Below, one piece after another: positions 45,122 to 57,357 of a stretch of 64,000 nt of DNA (its first letter is position 1; each line of letters begins with the position of its first letter). The stretch is from Minutocellus sp. GHC0000111. Its lineage: Eukaryota. The notes beneath the pieces are model-generated. The model saw nothing but the letters and a program-made list of their open reading frames with translations. It was not told where the DNA came from and searched no databases. The position numbers and the translations under genes are program-made. The DNA lies in contig OZ361261.1 in the NCBI GenBank assembly GCA_977018835.1, positions 806,001 to 870,000 on the forward strand. Direction: 5' to 3'.

Positions 45122-47934
45122 TCAATTAAGCTGAACTGCCTGCTGTTGCATCATTGCGTGAGGTCCGTGACCAACGCCTCCGGCAGCATAACCACCAGCG
45201 TCCAGGTCGTTGTGAACATGGAAGAAGAGCAAGAAGAGTGCCCACAGATGAAGCAGAACCAAATAAAGAAGGAATACGCCGCGAGCCAACGGATCAGTCC
45301 GTAGATATGCGCCCGTTTCGACAGACCATCTATCGAGGGCGTCAATTGCCATGCCAACAGCTTCATGTGCCTCACTTCCGCCCCTCCCAGGATCGAGTTT
45401 CATCGCGGAGCGAATACTGGAAGATCTGGACTTCGGACTCGGCCTTCCCCTTCGTCGTCTCATTTTGCTCGTATAAGTGCCTCCTCTTTCGAGCTCAGAT
45501 AGATCGGTCGCATTTCCAGACATTGTCATGGCCTTCTCCGCGGCTTCGGCGCGAGATGTCGCGGTCCGGAGGCGACTGCGAAGAGTCGATATCTCAACCT
45601 TGCTATCGTCGATCTTGCTCTGATGTTGCACGACGAGCTGCGATAAAGTTGCAACGCGTTTCTTAAGTTCCGACACTTCGCTCGCCGAAGTACCGTCTGA
45701 ATTGCCGCCATCTCCCATCGACGAAGGCGTCCTCTTCAGATCCCTCAGGGAAGTTTGCAAACGAGAAATTTCCGCAGTCATATCCGCAACCTGACGATCG
45801 TACTGCTTTTGTTTTGCTTGAATGGCAGAGGCCTCCTCTGTGCGTTCTTGAGTGATTTCCTGCAGCTCTTGTTGGAAAGTCTCGCACTGTGTTCGTGTGT
45901 TGAGGGTTTATAAGAACATACGGGCATACAATGTGAGTCTTGGTTAAGTATGAGAGAACAAACGAGCACGTCCAATGACCGAAAAGGAAGAGAAAACTCA
46001 CCCTCTGCTGTTCCAGCATAAGCTGCGTTTTCAACGTTTCGATCTCTTCTTCGGCAGTTTCAAGCTGTGCTCTCAACGAAGAGTTCTGATTGCCGCCATC
46101 ATCAGAAGCAGTACCAGTAGACCCGATACCACTTGGGCCGCCAATTCCTCGGGCCTGCTCCTTCTGCCTTGCAACGGCCAGAGCTGCACCGAGTTCGGCG
46201 ACAGTTCGTTCCAGTTCGGCTTCGCGGGCTTGTCGCTGGCTCAGCTGACGTGCATGCAGAGACAGGGCTGCGTCGAGCCGATCATCTGCCTCTCGCTCAC
46301 GTTCCGTCGCAGTCTCCGAAAGTTCGGCGACAGAGCCCAGCCGCGTTTCCAGCGCCGTCATTTGGGTCTGCAGAGTCGATACTTGATTGGTGAGGGTTTC
46401 CTTCTCCTCCTCTAACTCCATCATCTTCTTCACGACGTCTCGTTCCCTCTCCAGTGCATCCTCGAGCTTCTTGTTCCAGTCACCACCCTCCTGTTCCCGG
46501 GCCTCGTTGGCCCGACGAACCTGCTCCTCCATATCAGCGATGCGCTCGGCATGCCTCGCGGCCATGGCATCCAACGCCGCCTTGTGTTCGGCCGCGGCCG
46601 CCTCCCTCTCCTCCTTGCGCTCTCTCGCCACCCGCTCCTTCTCTTCCTTGTTCCGAGTCCGATCCCTCTCCATCCGCTCGGCGGCCCGTTCCAGCTCGGT
46701 CCGTTGTGCATCGACCTCGGATTCGGCCGCCTCCAGCTCGGAGTTGAGCTTGACGACGTGCCGACGGAGCTTCCGCAACTCTTTCTCGGCCTCCTGTGAC
46801 TGCTGTGCGGCCCTCTTGGCCTCGTTGGCCTGATGAAACATCTGGGCCTCCATCTCCTCTACTCTAGCCCGAGCCTCGGCCGACTCCACTGCCTTGGAGA
46901 CGGCCGCCGCTGCCAGATCGATGCTCGGTGGAGTAGCCTTTGCACCTGCAGCAGGTGCTAGTACTGGTGCTGATGCTGATGAGGGATCCAAGTCGGACGA
47001 ATCATCCTCTTCTCCGTCGGTGGAATCTACCACAACAGCCGATGAAAAGCCGCCATCGTCGGTGGTATCTCCACCCCTTCCATCGTCAACGTTGTCAAGA
47101 TCGGCAAAGTCATTGCCATCATCTTCCCATCCCGACGGGTCCGACGATATGGCACCGGCATTGGCACCAGTCGGGCTGCTCTCGTCCTCCTCGGTCGACG
47201 ACGACGGCGGTTCCAGCCCCGTCGCAAGTGCAGCTGGCGGTGCCGATTGTGCCGTCTGCTGCTGCGTCACCGACGACATGCCCGACAGAGGCGCCGCCCC
47301 TGGACTTGGCTGAGTGCCGAAATCATTGCCACCATCGGCAATATCGCCGCCCATTGCCTTTGCTGCAACCTCGTCTTGATCTCCGCCTCCGCCTCCTTCC
47401 TCTTCATCCTCTTCGTCGTCATCACCCAGCAGACCCCTCCGCGCCAATATGTCATTCACCGAGCTCTTGCTGGCCAATCCCCTCACGCCGGGACTGGCCA
47501 CGGCACCGGCAAAGGTGGAAACCGCCGCGGCAGCACGAGCCCCCGACGCCGATAGGTCGCCGACGCCTACTCCTAGACCGGACGAGGTCGGGGCCGACCC
47601 AGTGCCCGCGGACGACCCGCTGTACTCATAGGCGGCCTCCTCGAGCCGTTCCTCGGCCTGCTCGACGGCGTCGCCGACTTGGTCGTCGAGGTTCTCCAGG
47701 AGGTTGTTGACTTGTTTCAACCACCTGGTTTGGTTTGGTTTGGTTTGGTGCGGGTGGTAGCAACAACAAGTGAGAGGGGGAGCATACATGGCAGCACGAG
47801 TGAGAACGAGGAGGTTTGGCACAGAGCACGAGCGAGACAAAAGATACGCAATGAATTGACGAGTAGATTGGTCTGATCGTGAGATCACAACATGCAACAC
47901 GAGCTAGTTAGAGATGGTTGACTTACCTTGACAT
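45122..47934 (-). CDS. Golgin-84/GOLGA5-like coiled-coil Golgi membrane protein; introns 47725-47926 and 45887-46001
   Basis: MSR|WLKQVNNLLENLD start, long coiled coil, C-terminal TM PLARGVFLLYLVLLHLWALF. Confidence 0.78.
47727..47748. repeat. (GGTTT)n microsatellite at the intron acceptor
   Basis: ggtttggtttggtttggtttgg. Confidence 0.8.
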
Positions 47935-48098
47935 CTTGGGTGTGTGTTAATTAAGCAAGTGGCGGGGGGATACAACAAACGACGCCGGTACTAGTATGGG
48001 CGGGGGCGGCGGTTCGCCATTTTTGTGCCGGTTTTTGACATGACGCTGCTGTGGGATAACCCGGAAGCTTCTTGAAGTTCTGTGAGCTGTGAGAGCCG

Positions 48099-48212
48099 TC
48101 CATTTTTCGGCCTCGAAGATGATCGGCGCATCTCTCCTTCCATTTTCTGCCTCGAAGACGATCGTCCATTCTTCTGCTTTCTCGAAAATGATCGGCGCGC
48201 CTCTCCTTCTGC
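48099..48212 (+). repeat. Imperfect tandem duplication spanning the start region of the downstream gene
   Basis: ctcgaagatgatcggcgcatctctcctt / ctcgaagacgatcg / ctcgaaaatgatcggcgcgcctctcctt. Confidence 0.7.
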
Positions 48213-49198
48213 TTTTCGCCCTTGGCGTTGATTGTGGCAGCGCCCTCTCTCTTCCGCCAACGCCTGCCTTCAAGGCAGCAAGTGGCAAGCCAGTTGCACG
48301 ATATGGCCTTGGAGGTGCCGCGAGAAGCACGCAGCCTTCGACTCTACCCTCGTTGTATGTCAACGAATTGACAAGCAACAGTGGTGACAATGATGCCGGT
48401 GCCCCGTTTTTATTCTATTACAATCCTCACCGCTATCCAGACTTCATGTCGGGCATCAAGGAACTAACAACCAGCAAGGACGGACCTGCCAGAGAAGATC
48501 TCTTCATTGCTGGGGGAGGTACCGATCGAAGTCCCGCAGAGCTCGATAAGCGACTCAACGATTGTTTGGAGTACAGCGGCGGAAAATATTTGGATTGCTT
48601 CGTTTTGGAGTACGTGTGTCCCGAAGAATTGGCCGTGGATGTTCTGGCGCCGTGGAATCCCGATCCCATCAAACGATTGATGCCCCATCCGGATTTGGAG
48701 GCGGCCATATCTCACGTTCGCGGATGGATCGAGGAGGGCAAGGTGCGATATTGCGGCATATCGACCCATTCGCATGTGGTGGGGGCTGTGTTGGCCGGTG
48801 TTGCGAATGTGGATGCACTCATAATTCGATACAATTTGGCGCACAAGGATGCAGCCGAGGAAGTGACCTTTGCAGCAGCACGAGAGAATTACAAGCCAGT
48901 CATTGCATTCACAACGACGAGGTGGAATACTTTGCAAGAAGGTGGGCCAAATGCTCCCACCACAGCCGAATGTCTGTCGTTTGCCTTGGGGAAGAAAGCA
49001 TCGCCGCCGGTGGAAGCGGTGCTTCATTCGGCGAGGGACGAAGATGAGCTGAGAGAGGCGATGGAGGGCATACAGATGGGATTGGAAGAGGAGGAGGAAG
49101 CCAAATTGAGACTGTATGGCGAACCAATCGAGGCTGCAAATGAGGACTATTACGATGAGTATCCGGAAGAGAGATACTTGAAGGTTTCCTCCGCATGA
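48188..49198 (+). CDS. Aldo/keto-reductase-like protein with signal peptide
   Basis: YLDCFVLEY, EEGKVRYCGISTHS, IRYNLAH, AECLSFAL. Confidence 0.75.
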   Translation: MIGAPLLLLFALGVDCGSALSLPPTPAFKAASGKPVARYGLGGAARSTQPSTLPSLYVNELTSNSGDNDAGAPFLFYYNPHRYPDFMSGIKELTTSKDGPAREDLFIAGGGTDRSPAELDKRLNDCLEYSGGKYLDCFVLEYVCPEELAVDVLAPWNPDPIKRLMPHPDLEAAISHVRGWIEEGKVRYCGISTHSHVVGAVLAGVANVDALIIRYNLAHKDAAEEVTFAAARENYKPVIAFTTTRWNTLQEGGPNAPTTAECLSFALGKKASPPVEAVLHSARDEDELREAMEGIQMGLEEEEEAKLRLYGEPIEAANEDYYDEYPEERYLKVSSA

Positions 49199-49323
49199 TA
49201 AAGCCAAACTAAGTCGATTGAATTGGCCAGTTATGTAACAAAGAGATATGTGACTTTGTAGAAAACAGATATTACTATGAAAGAAACATACAAAACCTTT
49301 GAGAAATGGAAGATGTAGCGCCA

Positions 49324-51699
49324 CTATCCAGTGGCACTCTTTTTTCTGTGAAAAAGATTCCCAATAGAGTGAGCAACTGCGCCCACACCAATGCGACAGG
49401 AAAGTCCTATTAAGGAGAACATCGTGAGAGCCCCACGCCATCCTCTCTCAGCCTGCCGGTGCAAGTGAGATCGCAATAATAGCCAAAAGACTTTTCTCCG
49501 AAATCGGGCCTGGCGTTTGTGAATTGCAGTACTCTCTTCGCTTTCTGGCCGAATGTTTGCAACCGACATCTGCTGATCTGTGTGCTTTCTCTTCCATACC
49601 TTGACACTCGGTAAAGATAGAGCACCACCAGACGCCCGGGCTGCCGCTTGCCTCATTGGCTTGGCATCTTTGCTTGCTAATCTCGCAATCAAATCTTCAG
49701 AATCCAAGTCTCGGATGACACGCCGAAGCGTCTTTCCCTCGGTCGAGCCCAAAACTTCGGCAAGCGCATCGCCAACAGAATGTTGCTTGGACTTCTTGCT
49801 GTTCTTTTTGCTACTTTCTTGGTCGATATCAACTAGCTCTGGGTCTTCGGTCAGTTCCCTATTATCACCTTCCTTTGCATCGTTCTCTCGAAGCAATTCC
49901 ATCAGCCGATTCCATTGTATTCTATTGTCTTCCGTCAGCAAAGTGGAACGGAATGCCTCGATGCCATCCTCTGTCATTGGCGACAACGCCCGTCGCATAG
50001 CCCAAGGCATTGCCGTTTCATAAATGTTGAAATCAGGATCCACTTTTGCTGCAATGCCCTCCAGTGTGAGGAATGTGCGAATCAGAAGCAAAACATATGG
50101 AGGAGTGAACATCAACCATCGTGGAGATAGGTCTCGGTTGAGAACTGTTGCAATTGCTCCAAATCTACTCGTTCCGCCTTCAGCCGCCTTCATCGCATCG
50201 CCGAGCTCTTTGGTAAGCTGTGCCAGGCCCAAATCTTCGCCAGTATTTTCATCAATGCCAAAGGCGTGCCACTTGTCATTGGGGGTAGCTCGGAACGATA
50301 TGGGGTCTGTGATGAATCCAGAGTCTTTGAATGCCTTGGTCACCTGCAACCAATCTTCTGCGAGAGTGCCCTGGATGCCACGAGCAAAGGCCTCCATGAT
50401 AAATGAGTCAACGGCACTCATCAGACCAAAGTCCAAAAATACAATCTTACCGTCATCTGCGAGCATGAGGTTGCCCTCATGAGGGTCTGCATGGACAAAG
50501 CCTGTAAGTACAAGCGATGCGGTCACGGCCTCGACTGCCATGCGAGTCATTGCCAACCCTTCGTCCAGACTGAGCTGATCAAGGTGTTTGCATTTCACCC
50601 ATTCAGTGGTCAACACGCGCTTGCTCGAGTATTTGGGAACCAGAGTTGGCGTAGTAACAAATCCCAAAAAGGAAAGAGACTCTTGGAATCTTCTATTGTT
50701 GTCCGCCTCCTCTTCATAGTCAATTTCTCGCAAAATATCCCGAGCAACTCTACTAATCACAGTTCCGATATCCTGCTTCTTTCGAACCTTTTCATCATCG
50801 GTCATGGAATTCGTGATTGTTCGAATAAAGTCGCGGGTGGCCAGCAAAACACGAAAGCACATGGCGTCCTTGGCCAGAATCGACATTGCATCTGGCCGCT
50901 GCACCTTGACGGCCACATCGATGCCCTCGTGAGTGGTAGCCCTAAAAACTGTTCCAAGTGAAGCCGACGCTACTGGATTGGGCGTGATGCTCGCAAACAG
51001 CGTCGGCCCATCAGGATCATCGTCAGCATCGACGCCAACCCCCGGTGCTATCGGACCCTTCCACTGAAGCGACTCCTTGATAACTGCCCATGCCAACTCA
51101 TCGGCGAAGGGAGTATTGGCCGTTTGCAATGTCTTGAACGAATCTGCCGCCTCTTTGCCGATCAGATCGGGACGCTGACTCAGGGTCTGGCCTATCTTCA
51201 CGGCAACCGGACCCAGAGAGGATATTTTCTCGCACAGTTTGATGCCCCGGTCTGAAAATGGTTCTGCGTCGTCCCACTCTGCCTTGGCCTTTTGCAATGT
51301 CTGCGCAACTTGTATTAATCGTCCAACTATCAAATATGGTCGGGTGGAAAAGAAAGGCCTGATGTACCTATCCTTCAAACCGCTGGTTCGAAGATGATCG
51401 TAATCTCTCCACTGATCCAATTCGGGACGCTGTGTGCTTATTGTTGCTGATTCTTTCACAAGCGTTGGTGTACTAGTACTTGTTGGCTCAATTGACAACA
51501 CATCTGCTGCTGCCGGAACAGCTGCCGCCGATGACGTACGTGTCGGTGTTGCTACAGAAAACGCATCGCAAACGGAGGATGTGCCGGCTGAAGCGACCAG
51601 AAATACCAGCAGGAATAATCTCATCCTAGTGTAGTGCATGCAGCAAATCAGGGGGTCGGGAGATACGCTTCTACCACCGTTTCGACAGGTGGTATCCAT
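49324..51699 (-). CDS. ABC1/UbiB atypical kinase, plastid-targeted
   Basis: LGPVAVKIGQTLSQRPD, PVASASLG, VAVKVQRP, HADPHEGN, LDFGL; presequence CDAF. Confidence 0.93.
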   Translation of the reverse strand: MDTTCRNGGRSVSPDPLICCMHYTRMRLFLLVFLVASAGTSSVCDAFSVATPTRTSSAAAVPAAADVLSIEPTSTSTPTLVKESATISTQRPELDQWRDYDHLRTSGLKDRYIRPFFSTRPYLIVGRLIQVAQTLQKAKAEWDDAEPFSDRGIKLCEKISSLGPVAVKIGQTLSQRPDLIGKEAADSFKTLQTANTPFADELAWAVIKESLQWKGPIAPGVGVDADDDPDGPTLFASITPNPVASASLGTVFRATTHEGIDVAVKVQRPDAMSILAKDAMCFRVLLATRDFIRTITNSMTDDEKVRKKQDIGTVISRVARDILREIDYEEEADNNRRFQESLSFLGFVTTPTLVPKYSSKRVLTTEWVKCKHLDQLSLDEGLAMTRMAVEAVTASLVLTGFVHADPHEGNLMLADDGKIVFLDFGLMSAVDSFIMEAFARGIQGTLAEDWLQVTKAFKDSGFITDPISFRATPNDKWHAFGIDENTGEDLGLAQLTKELGDAMKAAEGGTSRFGAIATVLNRDLSPRWLMFTPPYVLLLIRTFLTLEGIAAKVDPDFNIYETAMPWAMRRALSPMTEDGIEAFRSTLLTEDNRIQWNRLMELLRENDAKEGDNRELTEDPELVDIDQESSKKNSKKSKQHSVGDALAEVLGSTEGKTLRRVIRDLDSEDLIARLASKDAKPMRQAAARASGGALSLPSVKVWKRKHTDQQMSVANIRPESEESTAIHKRQARFRRKVFWLLLRSHLHRQAERGWRGALTMFSLIGLSCRIGVGAVAHSIGNLFHRKKSATG

Positions 51700-51767
51700 T
51701 ACTTATCCATGCCGTTGATGTTTTGAGATGTTCTTCAGTTGAAGCTGATGATTACATGTATGGCCGT

Positions 51768-51828
51768 GTGCCACCTGCCGACAAGCCTGCCGTGCCTGCC
51801 GTGCCTGCCGACAAGCCTGCCGTGCCCG
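51768..51828. repeat. Short GC-rich tandem repeat in a divergent intergenic region
   Basis: cctgccgacaagcctgccgtgcctgccgtgcctgccgacaagcctgccgtgcc. Confidence 0.75.
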
Positions 51829-52205
51829 TAAAAACCGAAGGACCGCCTCATTATTTTCCAGCTCGAACTCCGCCGTCAACGTCGATAGGACCTGACTGGA
51901 GTTGAGTTCATCTGCGCGTTACTTTACATTTTGGGAGCTATCATTAGGCACTATTGCATACTCGTATCTTGCTTGTGCACAAGTTGTGCTTCGAGCGCTG
52001 CCTTCGCCGCCGTTCTCTTACCTACCTCCAGCCAATCACTTTCGTGTCGGGTAGCGGTACCGCCAAAAGCAAGGACCGCTTCGGGTTTGCTGTTGTGCGT
52101 TGTGGGACGGTCTCTTTGTGGCAGGGCTGAGTAGTGGTTGGGCAATCGATCACTCATAAATTCACCTTTCAATCGCCTCTTTCTGGCGCTCCGGCGTCTG
52201 CCAAA

Positions 52206-55200
52206 ATGTCGACCACGAATAATAAGCGCAAGGCTGATGCATCATCTGGCAAGCAAGGCAGCGGAGGCGACAGTCGGAATGCTGGTACTTTCACGGATAG
52301 CAAGGGTGTTCTCATCACTTCAGTGGGGTACACCTTCGAGAAGTACTTCGTCGGACATGGCTGGTTCAAGGGCACGGTCGTGGAGATCCGTCCGGGTGCG
52401 GCCAACGACAAGAACCGCAGATGCAAATACGAAGATGGCGACGTGGAGGATTTGAGTATGAGTCAGCTCCACTATCTGTACCACCAGGCGCAAAAGAGGA
52501 AGCAGCAGGGCAAGGTTAAAGCATCGACTTCGTCTACCGCAGGCACTTCTGCTCGGGGTGGAGCTGATAACAACAGCAACAACAGACCCAAGAAGAAACC
52601 GAGGAAGCAAACGTCGGGTGTCGGTGGTGCCAAGAAGAAGCAGGCCAAGGGCCATGCCAGTACGAAGCAATCCAGTCGTCAGCACGAGCAACCGGACGAC
52701 ATTTTTGCTAATTTGGAATCATTTTGCCCAGAAGATCAGGGCGCTGAGGCCACTCTGGCGTTGAAATCGAGTGCTCGTGCTTCGTCGGGGGCTGCCTCAG
52801 AGAGCGGAGGCGGCGAAACCGACGATGGCGCCAAGGAGGAGACTGAAACTGGGGCATGGCTTGCCAAGGTAGCCGTTGCTCTTGGGGCGAGCAGTCATGG
52901 TGGTGGAAACAGCAAAGGAGGCGGCGGTGGTGGTCGGAAACGCTCGTCCAACCAAACATCTCCCAGCGCCAGCGCTCGGTCGATGTCTCCTCCGCCTCCT
53001 CAGTTCGCTGGAGCTGCAACTACTGGTGCTAACGGTGGTGCATCAGCTGCTGCGTCTGCGTCTGGGTCGGCGTCAAGGACCAATACTCCCATACCATTTG
53101 CGAGTGGTGTCGTAACGACAAGGGGCGGCGGTACAGGAAAATTTGTTGTTCCGACGAGCTCATCTCCATCCTCGTCTGTGTCCATGGAATGCCTAACATC
53201 GCTGGCAGATATTGTCCAAGGAAAGCGGCATAATACGCGTGTCTTCCGTGCCAATGATAGGAAACGCATTATTGGAGAGGTCATCATGGAGCATGGCGGC
53301 GGCTACGTCGAGGTCATTATTGACAATTGTCAGGAGAAGGGACGACTGAGAGCTTATGTCGTGGCACCGGAGAAGTTCAAAGTCGGCGATAAGGTGCCGG
53401 CTCATCTTCCGCTTCCCGAACGGCCTGTCAGTGGGAAGAGCAAAAAAAGTGGACGATCAAAGGCAAATGACGGTGCGTTTCCACAGCTTTGTCAACAAAT
53501 TAATCCAAATGCCTCGATGTCGCGGAGTAGCAGTGTGGGCGCAGAGACACCATCCAAGAGATCATCCATAACTTCCACTTCTGCAGCTTCTCTGAGAGCC
53601 AAGACGGCTTCGCCGAGCGGCAGCCCGAGAAAGGAGAAGATCAGCGTGGATGATCTATTCTATTGGGGCTGTGGTGACTGCACGATGGCGAATCCCTATA
53701 ACAAGCCCAACTGCTCTATCTGTGGAGAAAAGAGAAAAGCTGAGGTAACTCAATCACCTCTCCTCGAGGTTGCCGCCAACGCGGTGGGAGAGGCTACTAG
53801 CGTTGACGAGGCCAAGGATTGCATACCTACTTTCAACGCCTATGCCATCCCTGATGTTGTTTTATCCTACCTACTGTCCTCAAAAGCGGAGGATGGAAAG
53901 GTCGGCTCGTCGTCTGATTCTTCTCGAAAGGCGTGTGAGCCTCCGTCGACGAATTTGAACGATTACTTTTATTGGATTTGCGGGTATTGCTCATTGAAGA
54001 ATCGATTTTGGCACAACAAGTGCAGCGTCTGCAAGAAGAAGAGAAGTGTAGAGAACGCGAGCGCCTCGTCGTCAGTGCTTGACATTGCACTCAAGGCATC
54101 AGAAAAGGCCCACACGGTATCCGAGGCTATGAATTCAATTCCCATCAGCCAACGCCGATCTATTCCCGAGTCTGTTCTCCGTAACCTCGTCACTTGCATA
54201 GCCGTTGTTGGGGGATCGCATTCCAAAGGGCAGCAACGGTGTCGCAATACCAAGGCTCCTGGCTTGGACTATTGCACCTACCACTGCAATGATCCTCTCT
54301 TGCTTTCAGCAGGTGAGGAATATGGTGATCAAGGTAGCACCGACCGAAAAATGGCCCCTGACGTAAAAAATGCCGAAGAAACAAATGAAGCCACCGCACC
54401 TGACAATTTTGAGGCCATGTCCGCCAACTTCTCGCAATATCTTCAACGTTCGTCCTCGATACATCATATCAATAAGCGTCGATGGGACATTCGAGGAGCG
54501 GAGGATTCGATTCTGTCCCAGACGACTGGGCCTTTCCCGCTGGGCCTCATGGTCCGCAAGTTCTGGGTTGGCCATGGTTTCCATGATGGTCGAATCATCA
54601 AAGTTATAAGGCAGAATCTTAATATCAACGACGAGGAAGTTCGCCCGGTACTGATCTACAGGGTCCTCTATAATGATGTGAGTATCTTGAGATCACAAAC
54701 AAGTCTTGTTGGAATTCTTCTCTTTCAATTGTGTTCTCATATCTTAGTTTTGTGCCTCTGCTTTTCCCCTTCCAACCGTAGGGAGACTGTGAAGACCTCT
54801 TGGTGCACGAAGTCAACAGCCTTCGACAGATTTATGACCGCTGTAACATAGATTCCACGGCGCTGCCTTCGGTACAAATTCCAAAGGGGTCCTTATTCGA
54901 GATGTACCATCAAGAAACACCTTTCGTCATGGTCGAGGGGCATCAAACGCCTTCTACTATTCAAAATATTCGTCCGGATGAAGGTGGCCTCGTGGACATC
55001 AAGGTCTGCAAAGCGCTCGGACAACCATGGTTGACTATCAATCAGTCTGATCTTGTTAAGTTCCAACTCAGTATTCACCGGATGCTGCCTCCCAATGAGT
55101 CGATTACAGTCGGACCTGCAAAAGCATCGAGCCTTGTCAGTGATGAGTCGGTACAGGAATACAACGACAAACTCTGCATGAGGACAAATAGCAATTATGC

Positions 55201-57215
55201 GGAGGCATTTCCTTCGTGTACAGCTCACCGTATTCGTCCAGACTCTTTGAATGAAGACGACAGTAGAAAACTAGCACCTGTATTGGAATGGCCGGGCCCC
55301 CAACCATCTGAAGGAGCAACTGCAGCCGTCAACCAAGGGAGCGAAAGCGAAGTACAAAGAATCGGAAGCGCCGGAAAGGATAATGAGTGCGAAATCACAT
55401 CGTCACTATGGCTGGTCAACAATGTCGAGGACGACGCTCATGTTGCTTGTGAGGATATTGGCAAAGACAGCTTCCAATATATGGATGACACAGACTGTGT
55501 TCGCAAGTGCATTTCCCGGCCGCAGACAGGCTGGGATCCAGCTAATGCCTCCCCATACATTCGTTGGGATCCATACAGAAACATCGTTTGTGTGAGTTTT
55601 CTTTCGTCGCGATTTCCCCCCTGGATTTATGTTCAAAAATTGATTCGAATGATCTTTCGTCCACCACGCTAATTTTGGTCTTCTTTTCTCCGCTCCCGGG
55701 AATATAATCTTGTCCTTGACTTTGTAATAACTTCATCAAAACCTCATTCAAAAACAGAGCCGGTGCAACATAGAAGAAAATGACCACCAGGTCGTAATCT
55801 GTGATGGTTGCAACATAGGCATTCACACCTATTGCATGCGCCCGGTGATGAATAATGTGCCAACTGGGGATTGGTACTGTGATCGCTGCAAGAGTGTTCA
55901 TGATGCTGCCCGGCAACCCTATTCGTCGCTCCTTGCAGAGCTCAAGAAAGACCCCGCTGTGGCATTAGCATTTCTTGGCCATAGTGTTGACGCTACAACA
56001 TTTTACGAAAAACACAATGAAGGCTTGACGCTCTTTGGCCCCGAAACCGCGCCACACATTCGCCGCAAACGACTCGGCAGTAGCAAGTCCACGGCAACGG
56101 CAAAGATTGGGGTAAGAAAGTTCGCGGTGTAATTGCACTGACCTGAATGGTTACCACAACCTGCTCAAAGAACCTAACGACTTCATTGCTGGATTTATTT
56201 TATCTCATTTGTTTTCGTCATTCTACATTCTACAGGATCTTTACTTTTCGTGGTAAGTACCAGTGTGCCAATTGACTGTAGCGGGGAGGACGAAAAATAC
56301 CGCGCACACCACCCTCGTTCTGATTCCCTCGTACAATTTGTTTTTTCAATTACCTATTCCCCAGGAACATCAAGCCGGACGACCTGGTTCTCCCTCGTCC
56401 ACCCCTCTCGGTGGAGGGATACAATACCGTCACTTTAAGCTGGGTTGCTGCCATGAAGTATGTAGGCATGTCAAAGTACAGCGAAGAATTGACATATTCG
56501 GCCGATGTGCCCGAGAATATGAACGATGCTTCTCTTGAGGATGGCGTCGTTGAGCCTCTACCAAGACGGGTGGAAGAAATCTTTAGAGAGTTCAAGATGA
56601 ATTTATCACAAGGAGCGGTAAGAAGAAAGCCTGTGCTTCTATTTCAAATCACATCTTTTACTGTTCCCGATCATTTTTCTTTGCTTTGATTGATTCTCTT
56701 GTGAAGGATTCGCTGCTAATCACACAAGTTTTTTCCGAATCCATTTTATTATCTTGCCAACTCGGTTGCAGTTCCCGCCTCTTCAGATTGTACATGACCC
56801 CAATGTTGGTTTTACTACAGTTGCCTTGGAGGACATGAAAAAGCACACTGTCATCACTGAGTATGTTGGCGAGGTGACGACCGTTGAGCACACTGCAGGA
56901 TCAAGCAGCGATAGCTTGATGTTTCTACTCAGCACCGGCGATGACAGCACATCGCTCATGATCGATCCAACGACGACGGGCAACATAGCCCGCTTCCTGA
57001 GCGGCATCAACAATCGGAGCAATCTCAGCAAGAAGAATGCCAACGTACGAACAAGACGTTTTGTGCTGGATGGACAATGCCGCGTCGCTCTGTTCACGTC
57101 AAGAAAGATCACCGCTGGGGAAATTCTCCACTATGACTACAATGCCGGTATCGAGGGCAAATCGGTTGATGAGTGGAAAGACACTGGATTTTATGATACC
57201 TCGAATTTCTTTTAA
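52206..57215 (+). CDS. ATXR5/6-like SET histone methyltransferase with PHD, RanBP2-type zinc fingers and Tudor-like domains; 5 introns
   Basis: SET motifs EYVGEV, GNIARFLSGINN, LHYDYN; spliced PHD CSRC..ICDGC..HTYC..WYCDRC; WGCGDC..N..CSIC and WICGYC..N..CSVC; two KxFxGHGxxxGxV modules. Confidence 0.85.
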
Positions 57216-57357
57216 TTCGAAAGAATGCAGATAACTGCCTTTATTTTTCGAAGCTCTATGATTCTACTTTTATTCATTTCTTATACATTGTAGTTTGTAT
57301 ACCCCGCCCAGGCCATGTCGTTCTGTCTCTCTATTGAAAAAGAGTCGTCTCGATTCA

